Shown: positions 17,151 to 26,082 of the stretch, piece after piece | How the letters are laid out: each line of letters starts with the position of its first letter | Position numbering within the stretch: the stretch's first letter is position 1 | Source of the DNA: a virus | Taxonomy: Duplodnaviria > Caudoviricetes | Virus record (IMG/VR): IMGVR_UViG_3300027253_000006 | Location: 1-35,730 of that record | DNA length: 35,730 nt | Strand: one strand, 5' to 3' | Translations under genes and position numbers: made by a program | The notes under the pieces: generated by a model | What the model saw: only the letters and a program-made list of their open reading frames with translations | What the model was told of the DNA's origin: nothing | The model's database searches: none

Positions 17151-19039
17151 TATACATTCTCCAGTTCTGCTACACGACTACGTAGCGATTGCACTTCTTT
17201 AATTAGCATAGGTACTAACTTACTGTAGTCAACACCCATCATGTCTTCTTCATCTACAGGTTGATGTACTGCCTCAGGTGCAACTTCAACTAACTCTTGT
17301 GCAATAACACCATAGTCTTGATGTGTACCATCAGCCTTCCAGTCGTACTGTCTAATCTGTATAGCATCAACCTTGCTACCTGCATCAGCAGAGTCTGTGA
17401 TGTTTTCCTTAAGGCGTTCATCAGAGCTAGTGTTATATGAAACACCTGTAGTGTTCGTTTTAGTAATTGTGCCTATTACAGTATCGTTATGCTTAAACGC
17501 GGCAAAGTAATTCCCGTGTCCGACTGATGAGGCATGGGCTATGTTCATATAATTTACACTTCCCGCCCTAAAGCTAAACCCACCGCCAGTTGCACCAGTA
17601 GAAGTAGTATCCACCAATAGGTTGCCTGATGAGTCGATACGCATACGCTCTGTAGGAGATGTTCCTGTAATAAACCGAACGCTCGCGTTTGCATTCGTTC
17701 TAGGAGCAATCAACAAATCCCCAGCTGTGCCCATCCCACTATCTGCTGTGGCTACATAGCCACGTGCCTGTGCTGAAGGTATTGCTGAAAGTGGAACGCC
17801 TTTTATTTCGAAACCTAAGTTACTAGCTCCTGCCCCACCACCTACAGCCAAGTCACCGCCAGTTATTTCAGTTTTAACATAAGGACTACTAGTACCTATA
17901 CCAACTCTGCCTGATGAGTCTATGCGCATACGTTCTGTTGCGTTGCTTCCATTGTTGTCGTAATTAAAAGTTAAGTGTCCTTCGTCAAGTGAAATATCAT
18001 AATGTAAATTTAAACTGTCAGATGCACCTGACTCCGCAAGCCTCAACGTTGCGTGTGAATCTGAACCCGAAGTAGAAGTATCTCTAATAGTTAAAATTGG
18101 GTCTGCACCAACTACATCAAGAATTGAGTCAGGACTAGTAGTACCTATACCTACGTTGCCGTTTGCGGCAATACGCATACGTTCTGTGTTGTTAGTACCG
18201 AAAAGCATAGAGCCGTTTGCTTGGTTGTACAGATATGTCGTGCTAAAACCCTGAGCAAGCGTTGACGTGGTTGAACCATCAGTCATAGCAATACCAGAGT
18301 AATCGTTGCCGCTATCGACTGTTAAGCCAACATTTGTAGAAGCAAACTGACCTACTGTTGTAGTACCTATACCTACGTTGCCTGATGAGTCGATAACCAT
18401 ACGATTACTAGCATTAGTATCATCATAAATAAGGAAAGAACCGTTGCTGTTAATAATTGAATAGTCTGAGTTGTGGTCAGTATCTGTAAGGTACAAGCGA
18501 GGGTAAGTAGATTCAATGCGAATATCCCCATCTTGAACGTGTAGCTTTCTCTGTGGGTTATTGGTACCTATACCTACATTGCCTAGTGAGTCAATGCGCA
18601 TACGTTCTGTAGAGTTTGTACCTAACGCTAATGTATTACTAGCAGGTCTAAACATAAACGCACCTGCTGAAGGAGTTCCGCTTGAGTTAGCTGTAATCAA
18701 ATAAGCATCTCTTGAGGCAATCGTACCATCTACATCTAACGCATAATCAGGACTATCAGTACCTATACCTACTTTATTTTCAGACACATCAACAAACAAT
18801 GTATTAGTATCTACAGCTAAGTCGCCCGTGATTGTAGCCGTAGAGTTTACGGTAACTGCGGCATCAAAGGTAACTGCACCAGTAAACGTGGGTGAAACTA
18901 TATTAGCCTTAGTGGCTACTGCTGTCTGTATATTTGTAAATTCAGTTGTAAACTCAGAGCCTTTAATTACCTTACCCGCGTTACCTGAAGGAAGACTATC
19001 TTTTGCTCCGAAGTTAGTTGTTATCGTATAGTTACTCAT
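17150..19039 (-). CDS. Tail fibre/spike with ERMRIDSSGNVGIGT repeats and a C-terminal Peptidase_S74 intramolecular chaperone
   Basis: Six repeat units; SDERLKENI...GVIAQE...VDYSKLVPMLIKEVQSL. Confidence 0.88.
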   Translation of the reverse strand: MSNYTITTNFGAKDSLPSGNAGKVIKGSEFTTEFTNIQTAVATKANIVSPTFTGAVTFDAAVTVNSTATITGDLAVDTNTLFVDVSENKVGIGTDSPDYALDVDGTIASRDAYLITANSSGTPSAGAFMFRPASNTLALGTNSTERMRIDSLGNVGIGTNNPQRKLHVQDGDIRIESTYPRLYLTDTDHNSDYSIINSNGSFLIYDDTNASNRMVIDSSGNVGIGTTTVGQFASTNVGLTVDSGNDYSGIAMTDGSTTSTLAQGFSTTYLYNQANGSMLFGTNNTERMRIAANGNVGIGTTSPDSILDVVGADPILTIRDTSTSGSDSHATLRLAESGASDSLNLHYDISLDEGHLTFNYDNNGSNATERMRIDSSGRVGIGTSSPYVKTEITGGDLAVGGGAGASNLGFEIKGVPLSAIPSAQARGYVATADSGMGTAGDLLIAPRTNANASVRFITGTSPTERMRIDSSGNLLVDTTSTGATGGGFSFRAGSVNYMNIAHASSVGHGNYFAAFKHNDTVIGTITKTNTTGVSYNTSSDERLKENITDSADAGSKVDAIQIRQYDWKADGTHQDYGVIAQELVEVAPEAVHQPVDEEDMMGVDYSKLVPMLIKEVQSLRSRVAELENV

Positions 19040-20569
19040 TTAAATTAATCTCCCTAGTAGAGCGTGTACATCTATTTGTTGTATTGAATAAGGTGCGCCA
19101 TCAATAGTAGATTCGATACCTATGGTTACTACAGTCCCACTACCGCTTGTGTTAATCTTAGGACGTTGTATGTCTATGCCTATTGTGTATTTACCTATGC
19201 TAAACTCAGCTATATTAAACTCAGATATAATTGTGTTAGTTAAGTCAGTACTAAAGGCTTTCTTAGTAAACCCACCATCATAGTCATAACCCCACGCTAG
19301 TGTAGTTTTAGAAGCTACGTTACCAATAACTGTAATGTTAAACTTCTTAAGAAACTTAAGGTTAGTAGAGTTACCGAAATTTAGTGGGTTACTGTAGTAC
19401 GACATCAAATAAGAAGAGCCATTGTCCTGATAGCCTTCATACTTAAATATACCATCTTCCCTACCAAAGTAAACACTACCGTCCTGTAGTAACGCTAGGC
19501 TACGCGGGTTAACACTTGCCCATGTAGTTACTCTGTTAGCTCCATCAGGTAAAGTAGTGCGCATATCAAAGCAGTATACAGTCTGACTGTCCTGTAGAGA
19601 CAACAAGTAGAATGCTTCATCTGCGCTATAGATAGACTTAATAGGGTTAAGCTGTGACCTAACTAACGCAGTTAACTCAGTACGTACATTGTTACTAATG
19701 TCACGCATAGGCATTGACTTTTCTTGTATAGTCCTACCGAAGCTACGTACACCATCTTCAGATAAGAATATAATGTCAGTACCTGTGTGCTGTACGGAGT
19801 CTCTAGCAATACAACCCACGCCTTCTACAGTGTCATGTAGTACCATACTAGCAGGACTACTAGCACCTGAGTAAACAATAATTGAACGCTTACAGAATAT
19901 AACTAAAAAGTTATTAAATACAGATAAGGCGACAACTTCATCGTCACCGCTAGGGAATACATTAGTAAGGTCTAATGAACCTGATGTGCCACCGTGCCAG
20001 TTGATACCAATAAGAGTGTCTGACCAATATACAGTATGTTTATTACCTGATACATCAGCCGCCCATAGTTTACCAAAGCCACCTATAACTTCGTTAGCTT
20101 CAGGAGCATAGTGTGAGCCATCTACTACTTCTACAAGAGTAGTACTTCCTGCTGTACTTTTTAATGCCTTATGACCACGTTGGAAGAAATAAACGTCATT
20201 GTTAAATGTAATTATCTTCCAGTTGTTAGCTGTTATTGTATAGCCTACAGGAAGCGTTACAGGTGTTAAGGTTGTAGTGCCTGTGAATATTTTATTGTTA
20301 CCCGCAGAGAATACTGTCTTAGTCCCATCACGTTTAACGTACTCGTGTACAGCTTCTACGCCTCTACTAGTGCCTAACTGCGTAGCTGTACTAGAATCAG
20401 TAGATACTTCCGTATAGCCCTTACGTGCCCCTATACGTCCATATTCATCAATAATACAGTTACTAGCGGTAGCCGCAAAGGACTGGTCAATAGATACAGG
20501 TGAATCCTGACTGTTAATGCCCGCAAATCCTGGGGCTTGTACTGTAATGTTCTGTAGTTGTTGTGCCAT
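19040..20569 (-). CDS. Tail nozzle/hub (T7 gp12- or P22 gp10-like beta-propeller)
   Basis: Beta-rich ~509 aa, GVGCIARDS motif; ATG 20569 is TAATG-coupled to the adaptor gene. Confidence 0.7.
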   Translation of the reverse strand: MAQQLQNITVQAPGFAGINSQDSPVSIDQSFAATASNCIIDEYGRIGARKGYTEVSTDSSTATQLGTSRGVEAVHEYVKRDGTKTVFSAGNNKIFTGTTTLTPVTLPVGYTITANNWKIITFNNDVYFFQRGHKALKSTAGSTTLVEVVDGSHYAPEANEVIGGFGKLWAADVSGNKHTVYWSDTLIGINWHGGTSGSLDLTNVFPSGDDEVVALSVFNNFLVIFCKRSIIVYSGASSPASMVLHDTVEGVGCIARDSVQHTGTDIIFLSEDGVRSFGRTIQEKSMPMRDISNNVRTELTALVRSQLNPIKSIYSADEAFYLLSLQDSQTVYCFDMRTTLPDGANRVTTWASVNPRSLALLQDGSVYFGREDGIFKYEGYQDNGSSYLMSYYSNPLNFGNSTNLKFLKKFNITVIGNVASKTTLAWGYDYDGGFTKKAFSTDLTNTIISEFNIAEFSIGKYTIGIDIQRPKINTSGSGTVVTIGIESTIDGAPYSIQQIDVHALLGRLI

Positions 20570-21222
20570 TAGCAAGGTGTCCATACAGTTTCAGAAGGGA
20601 ATCTAGCGGCATCAAACGCTACTGCATCTGCTAACGTAGTGTCCGCTAAAGCAAATAGTTCCTGTGCTGAAGTACCGCCTGTCTCTCCACGTTCACGAGA
20701 AGATAAAGCCACTGCGTACTGCACTACTGCTAATGAAGGCACAACTAGTTTATCTGCGTCAAGAGTAAACGGGTCTCCTCTATCAACAATGTTAAATCGT
20801 AATGTATATGCTTTGTCAGGCTTAGGGTATAAGTCAACTAAGGCATTACCGTTAGCGTCCACACCATTCCAAGAGTAGTACTCAGGTGAGCCTTTAGTAG
20901 GCTCTTGGACTAGGTATGCGTTGTTCATCCAAGAAGAACTAGCAGGACGCATAAAGAAGTTTGACGTATCGTTAATAACGTCCAGTATCTTAAAGGAGTT
21001 GTTAGTGCCTGTCATACTGTAGCTAAACAGGTTGTCTTCTGTAGTTACTGTGATTGTACTTCTAAGTGCTGACCAATCCCAAGCATCCTCTACAATACGT
21101 CTAGCATCGTTGACAAACTCACCCACTAGTTTCACATAACTATCCGTTGAGTTTTCAATACTAGTAGTTTCGTTTTCACGCATCCTACGTAGTACACTGT
21201 TTACTAGTTGTAAGTAAGTCAT
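20569..21222 (-). CDS. Head-tail adaptor / tail tubular protein A-like
   Basis: MTYLQLVNSVLRRMRE, WDWSAL, YPKPD; size and synteny. Confidence 0.75.
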   Translation of the reverse strand: MTYLQLVNSVLRRMRENETTSIENSTDSYVKLVGEFVNDARRIVEDAWDWSALRSTITVTTEDNLFSYSMTGTNNSFKILDVINDTSNFFMRPASSSWMNNAYLVQEPTKGSPEYYSWNGVDANGNALVDLYPKPDKAYTLRFNIVDRGDPFTLDADKLVVPSLAVVQYAVALSSRERGETGGTSAQELFALADTTLADAVAFDAARFPSETVWTPC

Positions 21223-21224
21223 TT

Positions 21225-23453
21225 TTAAAATTTCCTTAAGTTTATTTTAGGAGCAAGCAATCCTTGTGTGTAGTTAACTTGAGTATCGTGCTTAAATAAC
21301 TCCGAGCTAAACAGTTCCTCTACTTCGCTTTCTTTTTCTTCTCTTTCTTGTTTTCTTAGATTTAAAGAAGGTAATCTTAAACTAGGTAAATCTATGTCAG
21401 GCATTTCTGGCATTTCTATGTCAAGACCCTCGGTATCTAAACCTTCTAAATCTAAATCAAAATCAAACTCTGGTATTTCTACTCCTGATAAATCTAAGTC
21501 TACAGCAGGTAAGTCTAAATCTACATTTAAGTCAGGCATGTCTGGCAAGTTTAAATCTACATCAGGCAAGTCTATATCTGGCAGATTGATGTCTGGAATA
21601 TCTACGTCAGGTAAATCAATATCAGGTAAGTCTAAATCAAAGTCAGGTACATCAATATCTAAATCAAAGTCAGGTACATCAATATCTAAATCAAAGTCAG
21701 GTAAATCAGGTAAGTCTATGTCTGGTAAATCAATATCTAAACCAAAGTCAGGTAGGTTTAAATCAAACTTAGATTCAAATTCTTCAAAAGTATAACCTAC
21801 TTCTTCTTTTATATTTTTCCATACAATGCTTTGAACCGCATCTGTTGCCGATTCTGTTCCTGATTTCCCCGCAAGAACATCGTTTGTAACGTCTACTATT
21901 TTTGATTGAGCGTATAGGTCAAGTTCTCTTACAGGTATATCTATAGCTTCATAAGTATCTAATATGTATTCCTTAGTTACGTCATTTACTTTACCTTTTA
22001 CATAGGCTTTGCCCCCTGCTTTAAGAACATCTTCAAGCTCGCCACCTGCTGTCGCTACTTTACCCGCTTGAATAATAGGGGCGGCTGGGGGGGCTAGTAT
22101 AGACACTACGTCCGAGACAATACTCATGTTTTTTGAAAAGGTAGACTGTTCTATTACTTCAGGTTTTTTAATCCAATAAGTATTCTCACCAAACCCGCCC
22201 AAGAAATAATCAGGGTCTTCTAAAAAACCCTCAAGAGAACCGCGTGTAAAACCAGTCCCTGTGTTGAGATAAGCATCACCCTCTTTAAAAATCTCATAAT
22301 TGTTTATATCTTTAAAAAACAAACCGGCATTGTCATTTACAACCCATGAGTTTCTACCGTCCCCGAAGTAAACCCAATTAGCCATTACATCTTCTTGTAT
22401 CTGTAAAGCATCTTTTAATTCACTGTTAACACTAAAAGGAATATCAGCTTCAGCTACACCGCTGTCAAGAAGTTCTTTTTTGTTTTGATAAACATCTACA
22501 CCTAAATCATAATAAGATTGGAAGTCTTCTCTTGTATTAAAAGTAGGCGCACCATTATTTATAAGTTTCTGTATGCTTTCTTTTTCTTCATCCGTTGTGG
22601 CGTTTTCAAGACTTCTAGTTAGGCTTTCAATATAAAAATCATCTGCTTGTGCTTTTGCTCCTTCTATATCTTTAGGAAAGTCTATGACAAAATCTTTTCC
22701 TTCGGGACTATCATAAGGCACTCTATACTGGTTGGTATAGTAGTCAGGAACGTCCATGACATTATATCCTATACTACCGCCCATTTCTTCACGATTAGTA
22801 TAAGCGTCCCCATACATAAACTTTAAAATTTTATCCTGATATTTAAGCCTGTCTCCCATATAAGGGTTGTGACTCACAGGACCATCATCTACGCCTGATA
22901 CAAAGTCTTCTTTTATTTCTTCCCAACTACGTGTATCACCTGTGGCTTTATTTTCAGGAGCAAAATAACTTGTTTGCTTCTGGTCGGGAAACTTATCATA
23001 AAATTCTGACATTCCCGGTCCAGAACTCGCCATTCCTTTGCGTTCTTCGTTATAATAAACCTGTTCTCTTGCTTTTCTTTCTTCTTCTTCTCTTCGTTTT
23101 GCCCCACCCAATTCCTCTGGTTTTTTATAATATGGGTCAGGTATAATTTCGTTTTTTTCGTAGTCCCATTGGTCGTTATCTTTAGCCCATCTTATGTTCT
23201 CTTGAATCATCCTTTCGTTAATTTCTTTTTCTTCTTGAGCTTTTCTTTTGGCTTCGGCTTGTTCAGCCATGTTTATATCTGATTGTTTTTTTAGACCAAC
23301 AGGGGCGCGATTAGTACCCGTCTTGTTTCTGTTGGCTTCATATAACGCCTCTAGTTGCGCTTTTTCCTGTTCCCGTATAGCTATTTCTTCAGGAGATAAA
23401 AATTCATCATCATACCATTCATATCCTTGCGCGACAAGCGAAAACATACTCAT
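21225..23453 (-). CDS. Large acidic protein with a D-(I/L/F/V)-D-L-P repeat tract, probably virion-associated
   Basis: 742-aa ORF coupled to its neighbours; repeat tract near the C-terminus. Confidence 0.75.
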   Translation of the reverse strand: MSMFSLVAQGYEWYDDEFLSPEEIAIREQEKAQLEALYEANRNKTGTNRAPVGLKKQSDINMAEQAEAKRKAQEEKEINERMIQENIRWAKDNDQWDYEKNEIIPDPYYKKPEELGGAKRREEEERKAREQVYYNEERKGMASSGPGMSEFYDKFPDQKQTSYFAPENKATGDTRSWEEIKEDFVSGVDDGPVSHNPYMGDRLKYQDKILKFMYGDAYTNREEMGGSIGYNVMDVPDYYTNQYRVPYDSPEGKDFVIDFPKDIEGAKAQADDFYIESLTRSLENATTDEEKESIQKLINNGAPTFNTREDFQSYYDLGVDVYQNKKELLDSGVAEADIPFSVNSELKDALQIQEDVMANWVYFGDGRNSWVVNDNAGLFFKDINNYEIFKEGDAYLNTGTGFTRGSLEGFLEDPDYFLGGFGENTYWIKKPEVIEQSTFSKNMSIVSDVVSILAPPAAPIIQAGKVATAGGELEDVLKAGGKAYVKGKVNDVTKEYILDTYEAIDIPVRELDLYAQSKIVDVTNDVLAGKSGTESATDAVQSIVWKNIKEEVGYTFEEFESKFDLNLPDFGLDIDLPDIDLPDLPDFDLDIDVPDFDLDIDVPDFDLDLPDIDLPDVDIPDINLPDIDLPDVDLNLPDMPDLNVDLDLPAVDLDLSGVEIPEFDFDLDLEGLDTEGLDIEMPEMPDIDLPSLRLPSLNLRKQEREEKESEVEELFSSELFKHDTQVNYTQGLLAPKINLRKF
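21631..21703. repeat. 27-bp tandem repeat (about 2.7 copies) encoding FDLDIDVPD
   Basis: tctaaatcaaagtcaggtacatcaata twice, plus a partial third copy. Confidence 0.9.
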
Positions 23454-23851
23454 TACTTATTTCTCCCAACACCCTTAGCTTTTTCTACAGTCCGCATAGC
23501 ACCTAGACCAAGCATACCCATAAGTACTGGCATCATAGTTGACATATCTAAAATAGGGACTTCAATGGTAGAATCGGCAAGAGCAAGCGTAAAATTTGCC
23601 ATCGGGATAAGAAGGTAGTTACTCGCAAGTCCAAGACAACAAGTCCAACCAACAGCAGGTCTCCAACCCGACACAAATAAGCTCTTATGTGCCGCTTCTG
23701 TCTTATTAACTTCAAGTTGCGCTTTCGCAAGCTCCTGCCCGTGCTTTTCAGCCATTGTCGAAAGTTCAAAGGCGATGGCATTCTTCTTGTCTTTATCCTC
23801 TATGAATTTGTCAAGTAGTCCTGTTACTGGTCCAATTAGTTTATCTAACAT
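23453..23851 (-). CDS. Holin of 3TMs (GTA-release holin family)
   Basis: LLDKFIEDKD, SLFVSGWRPAVGW, LMGMLGLGAMRTVEK. Confidence 0.85.
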   Translation of the reverse strand: MLDKLIGPVTGLLDKFIEDKDKKNAIAFELSTMAEKHGQELAKAQLEVNKTEAAHKSLFVSGWRPAVGWTCCLGLASNYLLIPMANFTLALADSTIEVPILDMSTMMPVLMGMLGLGAMRTVEKAKGVGRNK

Positions 23852-23854
23852 AGC

Positions 23855-24280
23855 TTACCTCTGTAAGGGACTTGAGTTAAGGTAGTCCATACCCTTCCAC
23901 AAATCCTCGACTTCTTTAGTTAATGTTTTAAACTTTACTTCTGTATCGCCGATGTCATTAATAATAATTTCTGCTTTAGCTACCGTAGCTTTCATAGCTT
24001 CAATATCGTTAGATAGCTTAGAAACGTCTGTATTCAATTCTAAGAGCTTTTCTTGTTGACTTAGTAGTGTCTCTAGGCGTGTACCTAAAGTCGCTAGATT
24101 CTCACGTATGGGGCTTATATCAGGTATCTGTTGTGCCTCTACTGCTTCCAGTCTTCCGTATAAACTGCTAGAAGCCCAGATGAATGAACCAATGGTTGTT
24201 GCTAGTGAGAACACTACAGCAATGTAGATTCCTTTTAGCTTAACGCCGCCGATTGTTAGTTCTGTATCTGCTAAGCTCAT
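23855..24280 (-). CDS. Single-TM protein with a long C-terminal coiled coil
   Basis: TM segment IYIAVVFSLATTIGSFIWA followed by heptad-like repeats. Confidence 0.75.
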   Translation of the reverse strand: MSLADTELTIGGVKLKGIYIAVVFSLATTIGSFIWASSSLYGRLEAVEAQQIPDISPIRENLATLGTRLETLLSQQEKLLELNTDVSKLSNDIEAMKATVAKAEIIINDIGDTEVKFKTLTKEVEDLWKGMDYLNSSPLQR

Positions 24281-25119
24281 AGTTCAACACACTCCGTTCC
24301 GTACATAAAGCAAGAGTAACCTAAGTACGTTGGTCCTGTTTGAAAGAACTCTGACTCGCTACCTGCGGCTAATACATCAGTCTCTGTTACGTATAAGTCT
24401 AAACCTATATTGTCATTACCGTTAAGGTATACAGCCGTTAGGTTACGTGTAGTGTTGTAACCCATAGACACCCACTGTGCGTTAGCGTCATAAAAGATGT
24501 TAGTCTGTTCCGCTGTAGTGTTAGCATTCTCAACGCCTTGCTCTAGGAATGCTACAGCTTCTTCTGAGTTAGCTACAGCTAGATAAGCACTAGCGTTGTT
24601 AGCATGAGTCTCGATGTCATCCACTGACTGATTGTATGTGTCAACAGTCTCTTGTTCAATCTGTAGGACTTCTACGTTGTCTACTACAAATGTCTGCACT
24701 TCAGCTTCTTGGTCAGGAGTACTGGCTTCTTCTACTTTCTCAGCTACCTGTATTGCTGTAGACATATTCACAACAGCCTCAGTAAACGTATCAATAGCAT
24801 CGTCCATAAGCTCTAGTTCTACTACAGCCTTGTTTTCTAATACAGCCTTAACGTCACCGTATGGTTGATAGTTAGTAGCAAAGTTAGTCAAAGCAGTATT
24901 GTACGCTTGTACCTGTGCTTCCTGTATGTGTGCTGTAGTAGATAGAGTACCATCAGACAAAGCGTCACCCTGATTGGCGTACTCCATACCTGCGCCCACT
25001 AGAAGGATGCCAGTGTTAATCTTATCGACTATGGCAGTGCTTGAGTCTAGTAGTTCGTCATACTCACTTGAGTGAGCTACGGAACTTAGCACTAATAGAG
25101 ATAATAGTATCTTCTTCAT
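24277..25119 (-). CDS. Exported acidic helical protein (Sec signal peptide)
   Basis: MKKILLSLLVLSSVAHS cleavage-like site; GAGGA RBS; C-terminal Cys pair. Confidence 0.75.
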   Translation of the reverse strand: MKKILLSLLVLSSVAHSSEYDELLDSSTAIVDKINTGILLVGAGMEYANQGDALSDGTLSTTAHIQEAQVQAYNTALTNFATNYQPYGDVKAVLENKAVVELELMDDAIDTFTEAVVNMSTAIQVAEKVEEASTPDQEAEVQTFVVDNVEVLQIEQETVDTYNQSVDDIETHANNASAYLAVANSEEAVAFLEQGVENANTTAEQTNIFYDANAQWVSMGYNTTRNLTAVYLNGNDNIGLDLYVTETDVLAAGSESEFFQTGPTYLGYSCFMYGTECVEL

Positions 25120-25690
25120 CTGTGTCCTCTCCTCCTATGTTTAATACAGTATTGTACCAATCTTTTGTTTTCTTGTTGTAGTCTGGTATGTAAGTATCTG
25201 GTTGGCGTTTCATAACTAACATAGCACGTTTACCTACGACTAGCTTACCGTTGTTCAGTAGGGGACAAGGTGTACCTGATACAAACATTGCCTTCCATAC
25301 GTCAGTGCTTTGACACATACGTGCTACTGCACTTACCTTCATACCTAAGTCAGCTAGTACCTTAGCGTCCCTACGTCTGTTACATTCAGGGTCAACATCA
25401 TAAGTACCGCTACTAAACCCTACGCCTACTGTTTGTAATGAACCACCTGTACCCTTAAGGCAGGTGTCCATACCATTACTCATGTAACTAGGAGTGATTG
25501 CAGAACCTACTGGTATTTCACTACTGCTTCCTGCTCCGTTGTACGTATTACTTACTGAATCATCCTGTGTATTATTGTTACTGTTGGTAGTCGAGTTAGA
25601 ACCGTGGTACGTATTCAAACTACCTTCCTGAGCGTTGTCCCCAAGTGCTACCCAAGACAACAGCATTAGTAAGCAAAATAACTTTTTCAT
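25064..25690 (-). CDS. Exported Cys-containing protein (Sec signal peptide)
   Basis: MKKLFCLLMLLSWVALG; N/S/T-rich linker; CNRRRDAK..LGMKVSAV.RMCQ...GTPCP. Confidence 0.78.
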   Translation of the reverse strand: MKKLFCLLMLLSWVALGDNAQEGSLNTYHGSNSTTNSNNNTQDDSVSNTYNGAGSSSEIPVGSAITPSYMSNGMDTCLKGTGGSLQTVGVGFSSGTYDVDPECNRRRDAKVLADLGMKVSAVARMCQSTDVWKAMFVSGTPCPLLNNGKLVVGKRAMLVMKRQPDTYIPDYNKKTKDWYNTVLNIGGEDTDEEDTIISISAKFRSSLK

Positions 25691-25854
25691 TTCTTAGGCA
25701 ACAACTTCTGTACTGTTTCTGATTCATAGATACGAATACCTAACCAGATAATAGTAAAGATACTAGCAACGGGAGGCAACCAAGCCGCTAGTGACATCAC
25801 TCCTGTGGATGCCGCGAATACGTCTACAGCTTGTTTTGTTTCTTCCGTTACCAT
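25687..25854 (-). CDS. Small holin-like membrane protein, 55 aa, not in the ORF track
   Basis: AGGAG RBS; MVTEETKQAVDVFAASTGVMSLAAWLPPVASIFTIIWLGIRIYESETVQKLLPKK; ATGA overlap. Confidence 0.7.
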   Translation of the reverse strand: MVTEETKQAVDVFAASTGVMSLAAWLPPVASIFTIIWLGIRIYESETVQKLLPKK

Positions 25855-25870
25855 AATATTCTCCTAAGAA

Positions 25871-26080
25871 TTATCGAGGTATTTCGTGTATTACGTTATA
25901 AACTATTTCAGTATCACTGTATCGAGTGCCACGGATTACATCCATAATAGTATCATTATCTACTGATGCTAAAACTAATGCTTCAGCCACTGCTATAGCT
26001 TCTTCCCTAGTAGCACATTCTTGATGGACTACTTCCTCTAGCCTACCTTCACTGTTTAATTTAGTGTATGCTACAATCAT
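25871..26080 (-). CDS. Hypothetical protein downstream of the fibre gene (possible fibre accessory)
   Basis: ORF track; starts 2 nt after the fibre stop. Confidence 0.6.
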   Translation of the reverse strand: MIVAYTKLNSEGRLEEVVHQECATREEAIAVAEALVLASVDNDTIMDVIRGTRYSDTEIVYNVIHEIPR

Positions 26081-26082
26081 AC

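Noticed and set aside
17150-19039. Diversity-generating retroelement or invertase shufflon at the fibre
   Set aside because: No reverse transcriptase, TR/VR pair, recombinase or inverted cassettes seen
10986-20878. Plus-strand ORFs in the structural arm (e.g. 13072..13620)
   Set aside because: Antisense shadows with no RBS or recognisable motifs
21394-21795. 133-aa Ser/Lys/Gly-rich + strand ORF
   Set aside because: Antisense shadow of the D-L-P repeat tract; no RBS or promoter; against the direction of the arm
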